Assembly: GCA_963730135.1 (NCBI GenBank)
Contig: CAVSQQ010000008.1
Location: 291,500-355,499, forward strand
Length of the DNA stretch: 64,000 nt
Reading direction: 5' to 3'
DNA from: an uncultured Acidobacteriaceae bacterium
GTDB lineage: Bacteria > Acidobacteriota > Terriglobia > Terriglobales > Acidobacteriaceae
The position numbers and the translations under genes were made by a program. Shown here piece by piece: positions 36,988 to 46,308 of the stretch (positions are counted from its first letter, which is position 1; each line of letters starts with the position of its first letter). The notes under the pieces were generated by a model. It was not told where the DNA came from, did no database searches, and was given only the letters and a program-made list of their open reading frames with translations.

Positions 36988-39900
36988 CTAGTCCAAGACT
37001 CGAACGCCGCCGCGGCCGACGAGCTCTTCGATGTGATCGATGAAGAGACGGTCGGCGGCGACAGTGATGTTGTGGGGTTCGAGGACGGCGCAGAACTCTC
37101 CGGGCTCTTCGAGGTCGAGCAGCACTTTGCCTTTGCCGGGCGCGCCGAGAAAGACGGCGTGGAGTTTTTCGAGCAGCGCTGCGTCGGGGTTGTGAAGCGG
37201 GACTTTGATGCGCAGAGAGTCGGGGAGTTTGATCTTGACGTCTTCGAGCGCTTGAATGTTCGAGAGAGAGAGTTTGGGGGCGGAATCTTCTTCGCCGCGC
37301 AGAACGCCACGCACGACGACGGGGACGTCGATCTTCAGTTTGTCTTTGAGCTTCTCGTAGTTGGCGGAGAAGGCGATGAGCTCGATCTTGCCGACGGTGT
37401 CTTCGAGCGAGGCCTGAGCGTAGAGTTCGCCGGAGCGTTTTGACTTTGCGACTTTGAGACCGGTGATGACACCTGCGATGGAGATTTCGTTTGCGGGCTC
37501 TTCGCCGCGGCGGCGGAAGGTTTGCGGCTCAGGCTTCATCTCGCAGGCGGTGATAGTGTCGACCACCTTCATGTTGCGGAGCTTTTCGCGGTATTTGTCC
37601 AGGGGATGACCGGAGACGAAGAAGCCGAGAACCTCTTTTTCGTTTTGCAGCCGAGTGTGCTCGTCCCACTCGGCTACGCTGGGCAGCGCGTCTTCTTTGT
37701 GGCCGTTCGAAGACGATTGGATATCGGAGTCGAAGATGCCGAAGAGCCCGTGCTGGCCTGCGGCTTCGTCGCGCTGCGATTTTTGCGCTCGCTCCATGGC
37801 TTTGTCGAGCGCGGAAGTGAGCTGGGCGCGGCCGCCGAAGGCATCCATAGCGCCGGCTTTGATGAGGGACTCGAGGACGCGCTTGTTGAGCAGGCGAAGG
37901 TCGACTTTTTCGCAGAACTCGTAGAGCGAAGAGAAGCCCTGCTTCCCTGCTGCCCTGAGTGCGGTGCGTGCGGCGATGATGGAGTCGATGGCGTTGTGGC
38001 CGACGTTCTTGATTGCGGCGAGACCGAAGCCGATGGCTTTGCCGGTTGCGGTGGTGATCGGAGTGAAGTTTGCGTCGGAGACTTGTACGTTGGGCGGCAC
38101 GACGGGGATGTTGATCTCGCGGCACTCGGAGATGTACTTGACGACGTTCTCGGGCTTGGAGGTTTCCGAGGTGAGGAGCGCGGCCATGAACTCGACCGGG
38201 TAGTGAGTCTTGAGCCATGCAGTGTGATAGGCGAGCAGCGAGTAGGCGGCGGAGTGGGACTTGTTGAAACCGTATCCGGCGAACTTCTCCATCTGGTCGA
38301 AGATTTCGCCGGCCCTGGCCTTGGGGAAGCCGCGTTTGGCTGCGCCGGCCATAAAAATTTCGCGCTGCTTGGCCATCTCTGGGGCGTCTTTTTTACCCAT
38401 GGCGCGACGCAGAAGGTCAGCGCCGCCAAGTGAGTAGCCGCCGATGACGTTCGATATCTGCATGACCTGCTCCTGATAGACCATGACGCCGAGGGTCTCG
38501 CGGAGCAGGGGTTCAAGTTCGGGAAGCAGATATTGCACTTCGCGGCGGCCCCACTTGCGCTCGATGAAGTCGTCGATCATGCTCATGGGACCGGGGCGAT
38601 AGAGGGCGTTGAGCGCAGTGAGGTGCTCGATGGAGTTGGGTTTGTAGCGGCGGAGGACATCGCGCATGCCGCCGGATTCAAACTGAAAGACGCCGGAGGT
38701 GAGGGCGCGATGAAAGACCTTCTCGTAGGTCTCGACGTCGTCGAGCGGCACCATCGCCATGTCGAGCGTCGTGCCGGTGGTGGACTTGATGAGTTTGAGC
38801 GCGTCGTCGATGACGGTGAGGGTGGTCAGGCCGAGGAAGTCCATCTTGAGCAGGCCCATCTTCTCGATGGCCTTCATGTCGTAGGCGGTGACGATGTCTT
38901 CGTTTTTGGCGCGGGTGACGGGGACGAGCTCGGTGAGCGGCTTGGGGGCGATGACGACGCCGGCAGCGTGAACGCCTGCTCCGCGGACAAGACCTTCAAG
39001 ACGGAGTGCAGCATCGATGAGCTCCTTGATCTTGGGATCGCTCTCGTAGGCGGCGCTGAGCATCGGGGAATCTTTGAGGGCCTGATCGATGGTGATGCCG
39101 ATGGTCAGCGGAATCATCTTGGCGATGCGGTCGACTTCGCCGTAGGGCATGTCTAACGCTCGGCCTACGTCTTTGATCGCGGCTTTGGCGGCCATGGTGT
39201 TGAAGGTGATGATCTGGGCGACCTGATCGCGGCCGTATTTGCGGGTGACGTAGTCGATGACTTCGCCGCGGCGGTTCATGCAGAAGTCGATGTCGATATC
39301 GGGCATGGAGATGCGCTCGGGGTTGAGAAAACGCTCGAAGAGAAGGTCGTTCTGGAGCGGGTCGATGTCGGTGATCTGCATCACGTAGGCGACGAGCGAG
39401 CCGGCGGCAGAGCCTCGGCCGGGACCGACCGGGATATCGTGCTCGCGGGCATATTTGATAAAGTCCCACACAATCATGAAATAGCCGGGAAACTTCATCT
39501 GTTTGATGATGGCCAGCTCGCGGTCGAGACGCGCATGGTACTCGGGGATGGTCTTCCTGAGGATGCCGCGCTCGCGCAGATGTGCGATCGCAGTATCGAG
39601 CCGCATCTTCAGGCCCTCGCGGCAGACGCGCTCGAAGTAGCTGTCGAGGGTCTCGCCTTCAGGGACGATGAAGTCGGGAAACGGATTGTCGACCTTGGCC
39701 ATCTTCAGGTTGCAGCGGTCGATGAACTGCATGGTCCTCGCGCAGACTTCGGGAGTTTGCGAGAAGGTGCGGAGCATCTCCTCCGCGCTCTTGATGTAGA
39801 ACTCCTGGGTGTCGAACTTGAAACGCTTGGGATCGTTCATGCTGCCGGCGGTCTGAACGCAGAGCAGGATCTCGTGGGCGCGGGAGTCGTCGGCGGCGAC

Positions 39901-40527
39901 GTAGTGGCTGTCGTTGGTGGCGATGAGAGGGATGTTGAGGTCGCGTTCCATCCGGAAGAGCGCTTCGCAGACGGCTTTGTCGGGGGTGAGGCCGTGATCC
40001 TGAATCTCGAGAAAATAGTTGCCGCGGCCGAAGAGATCCTCGTAGAAACCGGCAGTGCGTTTGGCCTCGTCGTACTTGCCTTCCATCAGGTGCTGGTTGA
40101 CTTCGCCGGCAAGGCAGCCGGAGAAGCCGATCAGGCCCTCGGCGTGTTTCGCCAAAAAGGATTTCGAGACGCGCGGTTTGCGATAGAAGCCGTGCAGCGC
40201 GGCTTCGCTGGTGAGGCGGACGAGATTGCGGTAGCCGGCTTCGTTTTCGGCGAGCACGAGGAGGTGGTTGTACTTGTCGTCGTTGAACGGGGCGCGGTGG
40301 TCGTCGTTCCTGCAGATATAGAGCTCGCAGCCGAGGATGGGCTTGATTCCCTTCTTCTGCATGGCGTCGAAGAAGTGGACAGCGCCGAAGATATTGCCGT
40401 GATCGGTCATGGCGGCCGCAGTCTGACCGATTTCGCCGAGGTGGGCGGCGAGCTTGTCCACATCGCAGGCGCCATCGAGGAGAGAGTAGTCGGTGTGAAG
40501 ATGAAGATGGGTAAACTCTGCTGCCAT
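36988..40527 (-). CDS. dnaE: DNA polymerase III subunit alpha
   Basis: PHP HLHLHTDYSLLDG, GPGRGSAAGS, SMPDIDIDF, YGFNKSHS, OB fold; no intein. Confidence 0.98.
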   Translation of the reverse strand: MAAEFTHLHLHTDYSLLDGACDVDKLAAHLGEIGQTAAAMTDHGNIFGAVHFFDAMQKKGIKPILGCELYICRNDDHRAPFNDDKYNHLLVLAENEAGYRNLVRLTSEAALHGFYRKPRVSKSFLAKHAEGLIGFSGCLAGEVNQHLMEGKYDEAKRTAGFYEDLFGRGNYFLEIQDHGLTPDKAVCEALFRMERDLNIPLIATNDSHYVAADDSRAHEILLCVQTAGSMNDPKRFKFDTQEFYIKSAEEMLRTFSQTPEVCARTMQFIDRCNLKMAKVDNPFPDFIVPEGETLDSYFERVCREGLKMRLDTAIAHLRERGILRKTIPEYHARLDRELAIIKQMKFPGYFMIVWDFIKYAREHDIPVGPGRGSAAGSLVAYVMQITDIDPLQNDLLFERFLNPERISMPDIDIDFCMNRRGEVIDYVTRKYGRDQVAQIITFNTMAAKAAIKDVGRALDMPYGEVDRIAKMIPLTIGITIDQALKDSPMLSAAYESDPKIKELIDAALRLEGLVRGAGVHAAGVVIAPKPLTELVPVTRAKNEDIVTAYDMKAIEKMGLLKMDFLGLTTLTVIDDALKLIKSTTGTTLDMAMVPLDDVETYEKVFHRALTSGVFQFESGGMRDVLRRYKPNSIEHLTALNALYRPGPMSMIDDFIERKWGRREVQYLLPELEPLLRETLGVMVYQEQVMQISNVIGGYSLGGADLLRRAMGKKDAPEMAKQREIFMAGAAKRGFPKARAGEIFDQMEKFAGYGFNKSHSAAYSLLAYHTAWLKTHYPVEFMAALLTSETSKPENVVKYISECREINIPVVPPNVQVSDANFTPITTATGKAIGFGLAAIKNVGHNAIDSIIAARTALRAAGKQGFSSLYEFCEKVDLRLLNKRVLESLIKAGAMDAFGGRAQLTSALDKAMERAQKSQRDEAAGQHGLFGIFDSDIQSSSNGHKEDALPSVAEWDEHTRLQNEKEVLGFFVSGHPLDKYREKLRNMKVVDTITACEMKPEPQTFRRRGEEPANEISIAGVITGLKVAKSKRSGELYAQASLEDTVGKIELIAFSANYEKLKDKLKIDVPVVVRGVLRGEEDSAPKLSLSNIQALEDVKIKLPDSLRIKVPLHNPDAALLEKLHAVFLGAPGKGKVLLDLEEPGEFCAVLEPHNITVAADRLFIDHIEELVGRGGVRVLD

Positions 40528-40686
40528 GCCCCTATTCTAAGGCGTTCGTATCGGTCTCTCCGCTGAGGATAAAGCGGGACAGAATTCATCTGGGTTCTGC
40601 TCAACTGCAAATATTTCTGCGAAGTGCGGTGACATTGCGCATGGCTGCGGTGTCTATGGGAGAAGCGTCACAGGAGGCAGCACGAT

Positions 40687-42243
40687 ATGCGTTCTGTTTG
40701 GGCCGGTGTGTGTCTGTTGGTATGGGTAGTTGCTTTGGGGAATGCACAGGGGCCGGCGACCAGCGGTTCCACGAAGGGTCAAACGGGCTTAACGATCTAC
40801 AACCAGGATTTTGCCGTGATACGGACGCCGGTCGAGTTGGACCTGCATGCCGGAACGACGGAGGTGTCGGAGACGAATGTAACGGCACAGGTAGAGCCCG
40901 ATTCGGTTGTGCTGCGCGACGTCTCGGGCAAACGGCCGATTCACATACTCGAGCAGAACTATGACGGAGCGCTGCGGGTGCAGGCGCAGATGCTGGCGAA
41001 GTTTGAGGGAAAGACAATCGACTTTTCGATCCCGACGAGCGACGGCACCGTGAAGCTTGTGCAGGGCAAGATCATCCGGGCAGGAAATGTGCCTCAGTAC
41101 GACCTTCTGGAGCGGTACGGCCAGCAGTACTTTTATCAGATGAACCAGCAAGGGCAGCAGCAGGAGCCGCTAATCGAGGTGGAGGGAAAGCTGCGCTACG
41201 GCCTTCCCGGCACACCGCAGTTTCCGGCCGACGCGCCCGGGCTGACGCTGCGCCCGACCCTGCACTGGCTGATTGCATCGGACAAAGCAGCAAAGGTCGG
41301 GGCGGAACTGGATTACATTACGCGCGGACTGAGGTGGGATGCGACGTACAACGTGATCGCTCCGGCAGAGGACGCGCCAGAGGGCCAACGGCTCGACATG
41401 TCGGGATGGGTGGATGTGACGAACGAGAGCGGAACTGACTTTCATGATGCCTCGTTGCAGTTGATGGCCGGTGACATTAGCAAGCTGGTGAACGCGAATG
41501 GCGGTATATACGCCCAGATGGGCAGGTCTGTTGGCGGGATGGTGACGATGAACGACGCGGGCATGCAGCAGCAGATCACGCAGAAGAGCTTCGACGACTA
41601 TCACCTGTACGACCTGCATCGAACCGCGACTCTGCTCGATCATCAGAGCAAGCAGATTGAGTTCCTCAACGTGACGGGAATCTCTGCCAAGCGTGTGTAT
41701 GAGTACGACGGATTCAAGGTCGATGCGCAGAATGGCCAGACCATCTACTACCAGTGGAATCAGGAGAACTTCGGCAACGGGACAAACCGGAAGGTTTGGA
41801 TCATGCAGGAGTTCAAGAACAGCGATGCGAATCATCTGGGCATGCCACTGCCGAAGGGGAGGATGCGGTTTTATCGTCGCGACGCGGATGGGAGCCTGCA
41901 GTTTGTCGGAGAAAACACGATCGACCATACCCCAAAGGACGAGACCGTAAAGGTGTACCTGGGGAATGCATTCGACATAACCGGCGAGCGGACGCGCACG
42001 GATTTCAGGTCCGAGATGCAGGCCCGGATTATCATCGAAAGCTACAAGATCGTGGTGAAGAACGCTAAGGATTCTGCGGCGCCGGTGCGGATGGTGGAGC
42101 ATCTTTACCGCACGGCCAGTTGGGATATCACGAAGAACACCGATCCGTTTACGAAGACGGACTCACAGACGATCGAGTTCAATGTCGAGGTTCCGGCCCA
42201 TGGGCAGAAGGAAGTAACCTACACGGTGACGTATACCTGGTGA
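40687..42243 (+). CDS. DUF4139/DUF4140 exported protein
   Basis: LTIYNQDFAVIR, LDYITRGLRWDATY, HLGMPLPKGRMRFY, VTYTVTYTW; AGGAGG RBS. Confidence 0.8.
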   Translation: MRSVWAGVCLLVWVVALGNAQGPATSGSTKGQTGLTIYNQDFAVIRTPVELDLHAGTTEVSETNVTAQVEPDSVVLRDVSGKRPIHILEQNYDGALRVQAQMLAKFEGKTIDFSIPTSDGTVKLVQGKIIRAGNVPQYDLLERYGQQYFYQMNQQGQQQEPLIEVEGKLRYGLPGTPQFPADAPGLTLRPTLHWLIASDKAAKVGAELDYITRGLRWDATYNVIAPAEDAPEGQRLDMSGWVDVTNESGTDFHDASLQLMAGDISKLVNANGGIYAQMGRSVGGMVTMNDAGMQQQITQKSFDDYHLYDLHRTATLLDHQSKQIEFLNVTGISAKRVYEYDGFKVDAQNGQTIYYQWNQENFGNGTNRKVWIMQEFKNSDANHLGMPLPKGRMRFYRRDADGSLQFVGENTIDHTPKDETVKVYLGNAFDITGERTRTDFRSEMQARIIIESYKIVVKNAKDSAAPVRMVEHLYRTASWDITKNTDPFTKTDSQTIEFNVEVPAHGQKEVTYTVTYTW

Positions 42244-42291
42244 GCGCAATCGCAAGGCAACAGATCGCCAGGTGTTAGCATCGTTAGCCAA

Positions 42292-42666
42292 ATGGCTGGA
42301 GTGTTTTTCATTGACGGGGTTCGCCGGACGCTTCGCCGCCGGAAGCGGGAGAAGAAACTTAGTCTCGCGAGAAACTGGCCGGTGGCGCAGGCGGAGATCA
42401 ACCACTGGCAGGTGCTGAACGCGGAGGACGATGTGGCCACGACGGGTACTCCCTATCAGATTGAGGCTGGATTTCACTTCAAGGTGAACGGGGAATATTA
42501 CGGCGGCTATCTGCGCAGCGTGGCGATGACGCATCATGAGGCGGAGATGAAGGCAAAGGGGGAGCAGAAGGTGTACGTGCGCTACAACCCGGCGAATCCG
42601 GATGAGACGGCGGTAATGGCCGACGATAACGGCGCAGGCCTGCCGTTCCCTGTTGTGTCGGGCTGA
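42292..42666 (+). CDS. DUF3592-like protein
   Basis: WPVAQAEI...FKVNGEYY...VYVRYNPANPDE. Confidence 0.65.
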   Translation: MAGVFFIDGVRRTLRRRKREKKLSLARNWPVAQAEINHWQVLNAEDDVATTGTPYQIEAGFHFKVNGEYYGGYLRSVAMTHHEAEMKAKGEQKVYVRYNPANPDETAVMADDNGAGLPFPVVSG

Positions 42667-42681
42667 CTCGGTCGCGGGGTC

Positions 42682-43299
42682 TTAGGCCGGTTGGGGCAGG
42701 AAGCGCGACTTTGGGAAGCCGAAGAGACGGAGTCTAAGACACTGCTCGGCTTCGCGGGTGTAGCGGGCGGCGCGCGGCCAGAAGGAATACTCCGGCGGCC
42801 ACGGGGCTGCGTGGGTGCGCCACAGCAGTGGGAAGTGCTCGAGGATGAGCGCGGCGCGCGGGAGATGACTGGGCGAGCTTACGACCTCGGTGCTGGTCCA
42901 GTGGTGCGCTGCCATGATCTGCTCGCAGTAAAAAATATTCTGAATGGTGTTCTGGGCCTCGCCTTCTTCGAGGATGGCGCCGGGCGGAACTCCGTTGGCG
43001 ATGGCGAGCGTCGCCATGACGTGGGCTTCGGCAAACTGGTTGTGCGCTGCGCCGCCGGTAAGGATCAGATGCGGAGCGACTCCGGCTTTGAACTCGCGAA
43101 CGCCTTCGAGGGTGCGTTCGCGCTGCTCGGGAGATGGGGTTCCATCAAGATTGGCGGGTGTGCCGAGAACGATGATGGTGTCGAAGTGCGTCAGCGTGGT
43201 GTTTGCCGTGGGGATGGTGCGATAGACGTAGATCGTATCGACAACGAAGAGGATGGCGAGGGCGGCGACGATGAGAAAGATTTTGCGCAGAAGAAACAT
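42682..43299 (-). CDS. YdcF/DUF218 family protein
   Basis: IIVLG, LILTGG, EAHVM, NTIQN, VSSPSHLPRA. Confidence 0.88.
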   Translation of the reverse strand: MFLLRKIFLIVAALAILFVVDTIYVYRTIPTANTTLTHFDTIIVLGTPANLDGTPSPEQRERTLEGVREFKAGVAPHLILTGGAAHNQFAEAHVMATLAIANGVPPGAILEEGEAQNTIQNIFYCEQIMAAHHWTSTEVVSSPSHLPRAALILEHFPLLWRTHAAPWPPEYSFWPRAARYTREAEQCLRLRLFGFPKSRFLPQPA

Positions 43300-43306
43300 G
43301 CTGGTT

Positions 43307-44347
43307 TTATAGGCTCCCTGCCAGGCTGGTGGCGAGTTTTGTGTAGAGAGTCACGGCGTCGAGCAGCTCTTTCTTCGCGATCTTCTCATGGGGAGTATGG
43401 GCGACGTGAATGGAGCCGGGACCTAAAAGAAATGGCTCGCCCCATGCCGTCAACGCGGGGATGTCGGTCGCGAAGCTGGCGATCATGGTGGGAAGATTTT
43501 CTACTTTGCGCATGCGGACAAAGGGAAGATCGAGGGAGAAGGTGACGTCGGCGCGATCGCCGATGACTGCGGCAATGGATTTTTTCAGCTCGTCGGAGGG
43601 TCCGACGGTGCGGATGAGCAGATGCGCTTCGGCCTTATCGGAGATAACGTTGGGCGCGTAGCCGCCGGAGATGAGGCCGACGTTGAGCGTCGAGGGGCCA
43701 ACCTCCGGTTCGAATGGCAGCGGCATGGCGAGGACGTCGTGAAGGGCTTCGACGAGTTTGTGGATGGCGGAGTCCCCAAGCTCAGGGTAGGCGGAGTGGG
43801 CCATGCGGCCTTTGGCGCGCAGTTCGACGCGCAGCGCGCCCTTGGAGGCGATGGCGATGCGATTGTCCGTGGGCTCGCCGTTGATCAGGAACTTCGATCC
43901 CCGGGGAGATTTGTTGGCGACGATGGCTCCCGCCGAGTCGCGCTCTTCGCCGACCACGAAGAGCAGGCCCACCTTGACCCCTGCCTCGCGCAGTTGATCC
44001 GCGGCGGCAATCTGCGCGGCGATGATGCCTTTGGCATCGCAGGAGCCGCGGCCGTAGAGGAACTCGTCATCCTCGCTGGCGCCGAAGAAGGGCGGCACGG
44101 TGTCCATGTGTGTGGAAAGGACGACGTCGGGCGTCACTCCAGGGAGCGCGGCGTAGACGTTGAAGCGCTTTCCGCTGCCGGCGCCGGGAGTCAACGCCAG
44201 ATCGGGCTGCTCCACCGGCATGCACTGGACAGCGTAGCGCTGGGCGAGGAGGAATTCGTGGAGGAAAGCGCCGGCGAGACCCTCGCTGTACGTGGTGGAT
44301 TCGATATTCACCAGCTGGGTGGTGAGTTGAATGGGGTCGATCGCCAT
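43307..44347 (-). CDS. M20/M25/M40 metallo-hydrolase (ArgE/DapE-like)
   Basis: STHMDTVP, GRGSCDAKG, GEERDS, NGEPT, AHSAYP, AHTPHE; start ATG 44347 (MAIDPIQ) preferred. Confidence 0.9.
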   Translation of the reverse strand: MAIDPIQLTTQLVNIESTTYSEGLAGAFLHEFLLAQRYAVQCMPVEQPDLALTPGAGSGKRFNVYAALPGVTPDVVLSTHMDTVPPFFGASEDDEFLYGRGSCDAKGIIAAQIAAADQLREAGVKVGLLFVVGEERDSAGAIVANKSPRGSKFLINGEPTDNRIAIASKGALRVELRAKGRMAHSAYPELGDSAIHKLVEALHDVLAMPLPFEPEVGPSTLNVGLISGGYAPNVISDKAEAHLLIRTVGPSDELKKSIAAVIGDRADVTFSLDLPFVRMRKVENLPTMIASFATDIPALTAWGEPFLLGPGSIHVAHTPHEKIAKKELLDAVTLYTKLATSLAGSL

Positions 44348-44383
44348 GTGTTCCAGCATACGTCAGGTAGACTGAAGCGGATG
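44345..44383. promoter_or_regulatory. Back-to-back leaderless -10 elements
   Basis: CAT-7 bp-AGCATA-7 bp-TAGACT-7 bp-ATG. Confidence 0.6.
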
Positions 44384-45067
44384 AGGCAAACCAGCTCTTC
44401 GCGGATTCAAACCATCGACGATCTTCGCGGTCCGGCAGGTCGGCTGGAGGCTTTGCTGAACACGGGTCGCGATGACGCTGCGTACGCCGTGCTGGTCTGC
44501 CATCCTTATCCGCCGCGCGGCGGCACGATGCACCACAAGGTGGTGTATCACGCGATGAAGGCATTCTCAGGGTTCGGGCTGCCTGTGCTTCGCTTCAACT
44601 TTCGCAGCGTCGGGTTGAGCGAAGGCTCTCACGATGGTGGTATCGGCGAGCAGGAGGATGTTCGTGCGGCGCTGGCCTGGATGGAGGAGCACTACCATCG
44701 CCCGATTCTCTTCGCCGGTTTCTCCTTTGGTTCCAGTGTCGGCCTGCGCGCCTGTTGCGGGGACGCTCGCGTCAAGGGGCTGGTTGGGCTGGGCCTGCCG
44801 GTCGCAGCGGAAGGCCGCAGCTACAGCTACGGATTTCTGCTGAAATGCACCGTGCCAAAGCTCTTCATCAGCGGCGATCACGATCAGTACGCGCCGCGCG
44901 ATGTACTGGAGAGCATCTTCGCACACGCTCCCGAGCCGAAGCGGCTGGTCTGGATTGCAGGCGCCGACCATTTTTTTCAGGGTACGACGAACTCCCCCGG
45001 CGCAAAGCTTGACCTCATGAAGCGGGGGATTCGCTCGTGGCTGCAAAGTGATTTCGGCTTGAGCTAA
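44381..45067 (+). CDS. Alpha/beta hydrolase (CocE/NonD-like)
   Basis: CHPYPPRGGTM, RFNFRSVG, GFSFG nucleophile elbow, GDHD, GADHFF. Confidence 0.9.
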   Translation: MRQTSSSRIQTIDDLRGPAGRLEALLNTGRDDAAYAVLVCHPYPPRGGTMHHKVVYHAMKAFSGFGLPVLRFNFRSVGLSEGSHDGGIGEQEDVRAALAWMEEHYHRPILFAGFSFGSSVGLRACCGDARVKGLVGLGLPVAAEGRSYSYGFLLKCTVPKLFISGDHDQYAPRDVLESIFAHAPEPKRLVWIAGADHFFQGTTNSPGAKLDLMKRGIRSWLQSDFGLS

Positions 45068-45097
45068 TGCCCGATCCACCTACCTAAGCTCGAAGCT

Positions 45098-45991
45098 CTA
45101 AGATCGAAGTTCGGGAGGCGAGGAGTTGAGGAGCCAGTCGCGCATCGCGCGGTTGCAAGCCTCGGGCATCTCTGCGAAGGCGATGTGCCCGGCGCCCGGC
45201 AGGATGAGCAGGTTCGACTGCGGAAGGGCTTGCTGCATCTCGCGCGCCGAGTCCAGACTGACAGCAAGGTCGCGATCTCCCCAGATCAACAAGACCGATT
45301 TCCCCGCGAGACCCGGCAGAGCCGAACGGAGCCGCTCCATATCTTCGAACCAGTGTTCGATGATGCGCAGAATGTGGCTCATGGTTCCGCGAACGCGCAG
45401 ATCGTCGATGTATTCGCCGAGCGTGCCCGGTGCGATTCTCGATGGATCGCCATACATTTGATCCAGCGCGGCTGCCTTGAACCTTCGCGGCAGGAACGGA
45501 ATCAGGCGCGCGAGGCATCGTCCGGGAAGCGACTGGTAGAAGCGGATAAGCCGGTGTCCCTTCGTGCAAAACGGATTTGCCGGGGCAAACAGGATGAGCC
45601 GGCGCACTCTGGCGGGATGTCGCGCGGCCAACATCATCGCGACCGCGCCACCGTAGGAGTGTCCGGCAACGTCGGCCTCAGCCACGCCGATCGCGTCCAT
45701 CAACGCGGCTAAACGGTCGGCGGTGGCCTCAAGACCTGCGTCCAGCTCGGGAACCCGCTCCGACTCTCCCATATTGAGCAGATCGACGGCGTAGACACAC
45801 GAGTCGCGGGAGAGCGAGCCGATATTCTGCCGCCAGTTCTTCGCCGACCCCACGAGGCCATGAATCAGCAGCAGAGGCCGCCCCGACCCCGTACGCTGGT
45901 AGTGCATCTTTGCGCAGTCCAGCACACCGTTGACCATGGCAAAGTTGGCCACGGCAAAATCGTCTCCAATTTCGGTGTGCGCCTGGGTCAC
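45098..45991 (-). CDS. Alpha/beta fold hydrolase
   Basis: LIHGLVGS, GHSYGG, WGDRD, GAGH. Confidence 0.9.
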   Translation of the reverse strand: MTQAHTEIGDDFAVANFAMVNGVLDCAKMHYQRTGSGRPLLLIHGLVGSAKNWRQNIGSLSRDSCVYAVDLLNMGESERVPELDAGLEATADRLAALMDAIGVAEADVAGHSYGGAVAMMLAARHPARVRRLILFAPANPFCTKGHRLIRFYQSLPGRCLARLIPFLPRRFKAAALDQMYGDPSRIAPGTLGEYIDDLRVRGTMSHILRIIEHWFEDMERLRSALPGLAGKSVLLIWGDRDLAVSLDSAREMQQALPQSNLLILPGAGHIAFAEMPEACNRAMRDWLLNSSPPELRS

Positions 45992-46308
45992 GTAGCCGCC
46001 GTCCTGCTGGGTGTCCGGAAAGTCCGGAAAGATTGACTCGCCCCGAGTACCTTCCGGGCGGCCAGTCGTCCATCAGCCTATGGTACAGACGGCCAGGGAC
46101 CCTTCGCAGGAGGGTAAGGCAATTTGTATCTTTGCGCCAACGGGCGTAAAAACAATGTCGGATTGAAGTTATTTGGGCGGAACCGGGAGGTGTCGCCATA
46201 CGTGGGCACCGCCAAATTTAATAATGTGAATTACGGAATCGGTTATGGTTTTTTGTATAATCAAGGATAGCGTGACCTTTAAACAGTGCATTCAGGCTGG
46301 TTATCTGT

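Noticed and set aside
36988-40527. Intein or split dnaE
   Set aside because: Normal length, continuous motifs, no intein signature
39439-40566. Long + strand ORFs over dnaE (also 37522-38433)
   Set aside because: Antisense shadows of dnaE
43622-44380. N-terminal 253 aa of the 481-aa ORF
   Set aside because: Antisense to the M20 gene; hydrolase motifs start only after ATG 44381
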